A stretch of DNA of 64,000 bases, from assembly GCA_014381755.1 (NCBI GenBank), contig JACNLB010000120.1:60150-124149 (forward strand). The letters are read 5' to 3'. The DNA is from Fidelibacterota bacterium. Lineage in GTDB: Bacteria > Fidelibacterota > Marinisomatia > Marinisomatales > TCS55. Within the stretch, counting starts at the first letter, position 1. Each line of letters opens with the position of its first letter. Positions 58,962-64,000 of the stretch are shown here, piece after piece. The translations under genes were made by a program, and so were the position numbers. The notes below the pieces were generated by a model, which saw only the letters and a list, made by a program, of their open reading frames with translations, made no database searches and was not told the origin of the DNA.

Positions 58962-59924
58962 ATGAAACAAACAACACTAGGAAGAACAGGGGCTGTCGTA
59001 TCTGCTATTAGTTTGGGTGCATGGTCATACGGAGGAGAAAACACCTCTGGGGGCAACCCCGTTGGTTGGGCTGGACAAACAGACGATGAGTCCAAAAGAT
59101 CCCTTCTAAAAAGTTGGGAATCCGGGATTAATCACTGGGATACGGCTGATGTGTATGGCAACGGACGATCAGAAGAAGTTATTGGGTCCATGTGGAATAC
59201 TGTTCCGCGAAATGAGATTTTTCTAGCTACAAAAGTAGGTTGGGATCAAGGATCTAATAATTATTGGTATAATCCGGAACATATGCGTAAAAATATGATG
59301 CGTTCCCTGAAAAATCTGCAAACGGACTGCGTTGACCTTATCTACCTGCATCATTGTAATTTTGGGAAAAAAGATGAACACTTTGATGGTGCTTTAACAG
59401 AAGTGAAAAAATTTCAAGAAGAGGGGAAAACGCGGTTTATTGGTTTATCTGATTGGAACTTGAACAAAATCATGCGCTATATAAAACAAGCTGATCCGGA
59501 CGTGGTGCAGCCCTATCGCAATATTTGGGATGACAATTATTGTTCCAGTGGATTACAAAAACATGTTGAAGAAAACAACTTGGGCGTATGTTTCTTTTCA
59601 CCCTTAATGCATGGTTTACTGACCGGCAAATATTCTGAACCACATACATTTAATAAGGGGGATTTCAGAGAAAATGTAAATGCTTTTAAAGATCAGGTAA
59701 TAATTAATAAAGTAAAAGAAAATGCCGGATTTCTGCAGGAGAGGTTTCCAGATCATCCTCATCCTGTAATGCACGGCGTTGTTGATGCTCTTCTTTCTGA
59801 CTCTGAAAACAGTTGTGTGTTGTTAGGGCAAAGAAACATTTCTCAAGTTGACGTTGCAAACACTTTGGGTATAGATATTAATGAGGATGATGTAAAATGG
59901 ATAAAACAACTGTATAATCACTAA
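58962..59924 (+). CDS. Aldo/keto reductase
   Basis: LGRTG..VS.ISLG, WDTADVYGNGRSE, ATKVG, SLKNLQTDCVDLIYLH. Confidence 0.92.
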   Translation: MKQTTLGRTGAVVSAISLGAWSYGGENTSGGNPVGWAGQTDDESKRSLLKSWESGINHWDTADVYGNGRSEEVIGSMWNTVPRNEIFLATKVGWDQGSNNYWYNPEHMRKNMMRSLKNLQTDCVDLIYLHHCNFGKKDEHFDGALTEVKKFQEEGKTRFIGLSDWNLNKIMRYIKQADPDVVQPYRNIWDDNYCSSGLQKHVEENNLGVCFFSPLMHGLLTGKYSEPHTFNKGDFRENVNAFKDQVIINKVKENAGFLQERFPDHPHPVMHGVVDALLSDSENSCVLLGQRNISQVDVANTLGIDINEDDVKWIKQLYNH

Positions 59925-59925
59925 T

Positions 59926-61404
59926 ATGAATACACAAGAAATAATTTCAATCAATCCGGCAACTAAAGAAAGTATTGGTGCTGTTAAGCCTAACACGGTT
60001 GAGTCGTTGACACATGTTTTCGATCGTGCACACCAAGCTAAAGAAGAATGGGCTAATCTACGGTTAACGCAGCGAGCTCGTATTCTTCGCTTCGTGCGCA
60101 AAACACTTGTGGCACATATGGATGAGTTATCAGAACTCATTGCCTCTGAAACAGGTAAAACGAACTGGGAAGGATTTTTGGAAGTCTTCACCACAGTTGA
60201 ACATATGAGACATGTGTGTCGGCATGGACCTGAATATTTGCGGACTGAAATACGTTCGCCCGGTATTTTTCAAAATAAAAAGTGTTATGTGAATTACGTT
60301 CCTCACGGTGTTGTGGGTGTAATCAGTCCTTGGAACTATCCCTTAATCCTTACCGCCGCTCCTGTTGTAGAGGCGCTTATGGCAGGAAATGCAGTTGTAT
60401 TAAAACCGTCAGAACTGACTCCTTTAACCGGGCAGCGGATGACAGAATTGTTTCACGAGGGTGGAATACCGGAAGACATATTGCAGGTTGTTCAAGGTTT
60501 TGGGGATGTGGGTGCGGCTATTATCGATAGTTCTCAAGTAGATATGATCTGTTTCACCGGGAGCGTAGAGGTCGGACGAAAAATAGCGATTGCCTGCGCT
60601 GAAAAATTAAAACCTGTTATTCTTGAATTGGGCGGAAAAGATCCCATGATTATATTGGAAGACGCTAACTTGGAGCGTGCGGCCAGTGCCGCTGTATGGG
60701 GTGGATTCAGCAATTGCGGACAAACATGCATTTCAGCTGAACGCATTTATGTTGTGGAAAGTATCGCTGATCAATTTATAGCACTTGTTAAACAAAAAAC
60801 GGAAGAATTGAACACGGGGCCAGATAAAGTCAATGGCGATATGGGTGCTCTGGTGAATGAACGCCAGCAGGAAAAAGTGATGGCCCATATTAAAGAAGCC
60901 GTGGCTAATGGAGCAGATGTGGTATCCGGTGGAAACGATTTATCCTCTTTGGGGGGATATTTTATTAAACCAACGGTTCTTGAAGTTTTTAATGATAATT
61001 CAGACATTATGTCAAAAGAAACGTTTGGTCCGGAAATATCTATTATGCGCGTTAAAAATGAGTATGAAGCCATTGAAAAAGCGAATGATACCGGTTATGG
61101 TTTAAGTGCTTCTGTGTTTACCAAAAAGAAAAAACGTGGCCAGAAAATTGCTCGGCAGATTCGCGCTGGTTCTGTATGTGTAAACGATATAATGACAAAT
61201 TATATTGCGGCTGACCTGCCTTTTGGCGGTATGGGTATAAGCGGAATCGGCCGGGTACACGGCCCGGAAGGCTTAAAAAGCTTTTGTCAAACACAGGCTG
61301 TATTGGTAGATCGCTTTGGATTAAAAAAAGAACCGTGGTGGTATCCAATGAGCGCAGGAACAAAAAAACTTTTCCATACAGTAACACGTTGGATTTACGG
61401 TTAA
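59926..61404 (+). CDS. Aldehyde dehydrogenase family protein
   Basis: PWNYP, LKPSE, FTGS, LELGGKDP, GQTCIS, ETFGP, PFGG. Confidence 0.95.
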   Translation: MNTQEIISINPATKESIGAVKPNTVESLTHVFDRAHQAKEEWANLRLTQRARILRFVRKTLVAHMDELSELIASETGKTNWEGFLEVFTTVEHMRHVCRHGPEYLRTEIRSPGIFQNKKCYVNYVPHGVVGVISPWNYPLILTAAPVVEALMAGNAVVLKPSELTPLTGQRMTELFHEGGIPEDILQVVQGFGDVGAAIIDSSQVDMICFTGSVEVGRKIAIACAEKLKPVILELGGKDPMIILEDANLERAASAAVWGGFSNCGQTCISAERIYVVESIADQFIALVKQKTEELNTGPDKVNGDMGALVNERQQEKVMAHIKEAVANGADVVSGGNDLSSLGGYFIKPTVLEVFNDNSDIMSKETFGPEISIMRVKNEYEAIEKANDTGYGLSASVFTKKKKRGQKIARQIRAGSVCVNDIMTNYIAADLPFGGMGISGIGRVHGPEGLKSFCQTQAVLVDRFGLKKEPWWYPMSAGTKKLFHTVTRWIYG

Positions 61405-61428
61405 TCCTAATTTGCACGTTTTGATCTA

Positions 61429-62247
61429 ATGCCCGTTCGACCCATCAAACAAATTATCCAAGGAATACAAACAACTGACGGCGCTGGAGTAAATCTTACT
61501 CGAATCATCGGTGGTCCAGAGTTGGATATGCTGGATCCGTTTCTTTTGCTGGATGAATTTGGTAGTGACAACCCTGATGATTACATCGCCGGTTTTCCAC
61601 CTCACCCCCACCGGGGATTTGAAACAATCACGTATATGTTAAATGGCGAATGGCAACACAAAGATTCCGCTGGTCACGAAGGTTTACTGGGTGATGGATC
61701 TGTGCAGTGGATGACAGCCGGTCGCGGGATCATTCACAGTGAAATGCCTATTCAAATTGACGGGCTGGCTTGGGGATTCCAACTTTGGCTTAATCTTCCG
61801 AAATCAAAAAAAATGATTGAACCCGCTTATCAGGATATTGATTCCGAACTAATTCCCATTGTTAAAGAAAAGGCAGGGGCGGTGAAAGTTGTTTCCGGGA
61901 ATTACCGCAGAACAATCGGACCCGGTAAATCACACACGCCGGTTCTGATTCTGGATATTCACATGAATGAAAAAAGTGAGCTAACCATTCCCATCAATGA
62001 TGGGTGGAATGTTTTCGGCTTTGTTTATGAAGGCGATGAAAAGGCAATCTCTAAAGGACAATTAGCCGTATATGAAAAAAATGGAGTTGTACAATTCAAA
62101 ACAGAAGGAAATAAGGCTCGTATTTATCTTGCGGCAGGAGAACCTTTGAATGAACCTGTGGTGAGGGGAGGTCCTTTTGTTATGAATACACGGGGTGAAG
62201 TTTTAAAAGCATTTGAAGATTATCAGAATGGTAAATTTGAAACATGA
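61429..62247 (+). CDS. Pirin family protein
   Basis: DPFLLLD, HPHRGFETITY, QWMTAGRGIIHSE, GPFVMNT. Confidence 0.95.
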   Translation: MPVRPIKQIIQGIQTTDGAGVNLTRIIGGPELDMLDPFLLLDEFGSDNPDDYIAGFPPHPHRGFETITYMLNGEWQHKDSAGHEGLLGDGSVQWMTAGRGIIHSEMPIQIDGLAWGFQLWLNLPKSKKMIEPAYQDIDSELIPIVKEKAGAVKVVSGNYRRTIGPGKSHTPVLILDIHMNEKSELTIPINDGWNVFGFVYEGDEKAISKGQLAVYEKNGVVQFKTEGNKARIYLAAGEPLNEPVVRGGPFVMNTRGEVLKAFEDYQNGKFET

Positions 62248-62813
62248 CACGTTGTGAATGGGCTGACAACAGCACACTGAACCAAAAATATCACGATGAA
62301 GAATGGGGCGTACCGATTCATGATGATACCACTTTGTTCGAATTCCTGATTCTGGAAGGTGCACAGGCAGGGTTGAGTTGGGAAACCATTTTAAAAAAGC
62401 GGGAAGGATACCGGGAAGCTTTTGACCGGTTTGATCCAAAGAAAGTTTCTGCTTATTCTGTATCAAAAATTGAAGCTCTACTTCAAAATCCTAATATTGT
62501 TCGTAACCGACTCAAGGTGAATTCCACTGTTTTGAATGCAAAATTCTTTCTGGATGTTCAAAAAGAGTTTGGCAGTTTTGATCAATATATTTGGCAATTC
62601 ACTGGCGGAAGAACCATCCAGAACGCTTTTAGGAAAATGTCTGAACTCCCGGCAAACACACCGGAATCGGATGCCATGAGTAAAGACTTAAAAAAGCGAG
62701 GTTTTAAATTTATCGGAACTACCATCTGCTATGCCTTCATGCAGGCAACAGGCATGGTAAACGACCATGTAATTAGTTGTTTTAAATATAAGGAATTGTC
62801 AGATAAACTATAA
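62244..62813 (+). CDS. tag: DNA-3-methyladenine glycosylase I
   Basis: RC.W, YHDEEWG, LEGAQAGLSW.TILKKR, MQATGMVNDH. Confidence 0.96.
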   Translation: MTRCEWADNSTLNQKYHDEEWGVPIHDDTTLFEFLILEGAQAGLSWETILKKREGYREAFDRFDPKKVSAYSVSKIEALLQNPNIVRNRLKVNSTVLNAKFFLDVQKEFGSFDQYIWQFTGGRTIQNAFRKMSELPANTPESDAMSKDLKKRGFKFIGTTICYAFMQATGMVNDHVISCFKYKELSDKL

Positions 62814-64000
62814 TTCAGATTGTGCCGCCGCCAGCCTCGCAATTGGCACACGGTATGGTGAGCAACTCACATAATCCAAGTCATTCTCTTTGCAGAAGTG
62901 TATTGATGCCGGATCGCCGCCGTGTTCGCCGCAAATGCCAATTTTTAAATCGGAATTCACGCCTCGACCTAAATCAACCGCCATGGAAACCAGTTTCCCA
63001 ACACCCTTTACATCCAAACTTTGAAATGGATCATAGTCTAAAATGTTTCTGTCCAAATAATTCGGTAAGAATGAACCAATATCGTCCCGGCTGAATCCAT
63101 ACGTTGTTTGGGTTAGATCATTGGTACCGAAACTGAAAAATTCTGCGTGTTCTGCAATTTCATCTGCTGTGAGACAGGCTCTCGGAAGTTCAATCATTGT
63201 GCCTACCATAAATTCAAAAGAAGCCCCTGTTTCATTTAATACTTTTTCTGCTACAGATCTTACAATTGCTTCTTGATCTGTGAATTCGGTAACGGTTCCT
63301 ACCAATGGTATCATGATTTCCGGGTACACAGACACGCCTTCCTTGGTGAGCTCCGCAGCTGCTTCCAAAATCGCCCGTGCCTGCATTTCCGTGATTTCCG
63401 GATAAGCAATCCCCAGTCGGCAGCCGCGATGGCCCAACATGGGATTCAATTCATGCAGGCTCGCAATACGTTTTTCAACGTGTGATTTATTCAATCCAAC
63501 ATGATTCGCTAATTCTTGTATTTGGTCTTCTGTCAATGTTATGAATTCATGAAGCGGGGGATCCAAGAGACGAATTGTCACGGGTTTTCCTGCCATGGCT
63601 TTTAAAATTCCTCTGAAATCTTCTTTCTGAAATGGTAATAATTCCATCACAGCTGATCGGCGATCATTTTCATTATCTGCTAAAATCATTTTCCGAATAG
63701 CAAGAATTCGTTCATCATCAAAAAACATATGTTCTGTGCGGCATAATCCAATGCCCTCCGCTCCAAACGCGATTGCTTGTTTCGCATCTTTGGGCGTATC
63801 TGCATTGGTCCTGATTTTTAATCGGCGTACTTCGTCAGTCCACTCCATAAGTTGTTTATATTCATTATGTTTCTCCGGGTCAGAGGGTACAAGGCCAAGT
63901 TGACCTTCATATATATTGCCCCTGGTTCCGTTCATAGTAATCCAATCACCTTCTTTTATTACCACATCATTAATATGTACTTCTTGCTTTGTTGAATCAA
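62808..64000 (-). CDS. ppdK: Pyruvate phosphate dikinase, C-terminal part (5' end outside the window)
   Basis: GAEGIGLCRTEHMF, ELNPMLGHRGCR, FSFGTNDLTQ, GICGEHGGDP, VSCSPYRVP. Confidence 0.96.
   Translation of the reverse strand, partial: DSTKQEVHINDVVIKEGDWITMNGTRGNIYEGQLGLVPSDPEKHNEYKQLMEWTDEVRRLKIRTNADTPKDAKQAIAFGAEGIGLCRTEHMFFDDERILAIRKMILADNENDRRSAVMELLPFQKEDFRGILKAMAGKPVTIRLLDPPLHEFITLTEDQIQELANHVGLNKSHVEKRIASLHELNPMLGHRGCRLGIAYPEITEMQARAILEAAAELTKEGVSVYPEIMIPLVGTVTEFTDQEAIVRSVAEKVLNETGASFEFMVGTMIELPRACLTADEIAEHAEFFSFGTNDLTQTTYGFSRDDIGSFLPNYLDRNILDYDPFQSLDVKGVGKLVSMAVDLGRGVNSDLKIGICGEHGGDPASIHFCKENDLDYVSCSPYRVPIARLAAAQSEL

Noticed and set aside
62808-62813. Overlap of the convergent tag and ppdK stop codons
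   Set aside because: A 6-bp tail-to-tail overlap is common in compact genomes.
923-63485. Numerous 60-170 aa alternative-frame and antisense ORFs in the ORF track
   Set aside because: They lie within well-supported genes and show no recognisable motifs, so they are treated as shadow ORFs.

Overview
Gene-dense, AT-rich chromosomal segment of a diderm bacterium. Gene content and style suggest the FCB group, probably Candidatus Marinimicrobia/SAR406 (inference, not database-checked). Most of it is housekeeping: partial priA, rplI-rpsR-rpsF, Na+-type membrane pyrophosphatase, pth-rplY-prs-tRNA-Gln-ispE, ispF/ispD, queA, ruvB, a divergent transketolase, uvrA, fabA with an enoyl-ACP reductase, ychF, a lipid A cluster, ctpA-exbB-exbD-exbD-tonB, sdhCAB, a peptide ABC system with a glutamate-cysteine ligase, and partial ppdK. 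The standout is a compact seven-gene minus-strand operon (55336->47745) with its own promoter and terminator. It encodes three secreted or outer-membrane proteins, a Na+-type MotA/MotB stator, a re-engineered FliF (signal peptide, RBM3 ring only, long coiled coil, TM helix, FliG-binding tail) and a FliG lacking the FliM-binding EHPQ and MFxF motifs. No other flagellar, export or chemotaxis gene is in the window, so this is a candidate non-flagellar rotary envelope machine. Also notable: a Leptospira-like lipid A modification cluster (GnnA-like, LmtA-like, lpxB, LpxJ-like, lpxK), a pair of large FG-GAP/Ig-repeat surface proteins, a duplicated tRNA-Gln 3' end interrupted by a 40-bp palindrome, and degenerate REP-like doublets. 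No CRISPR array, rRNA, integrase or transposase was seen.
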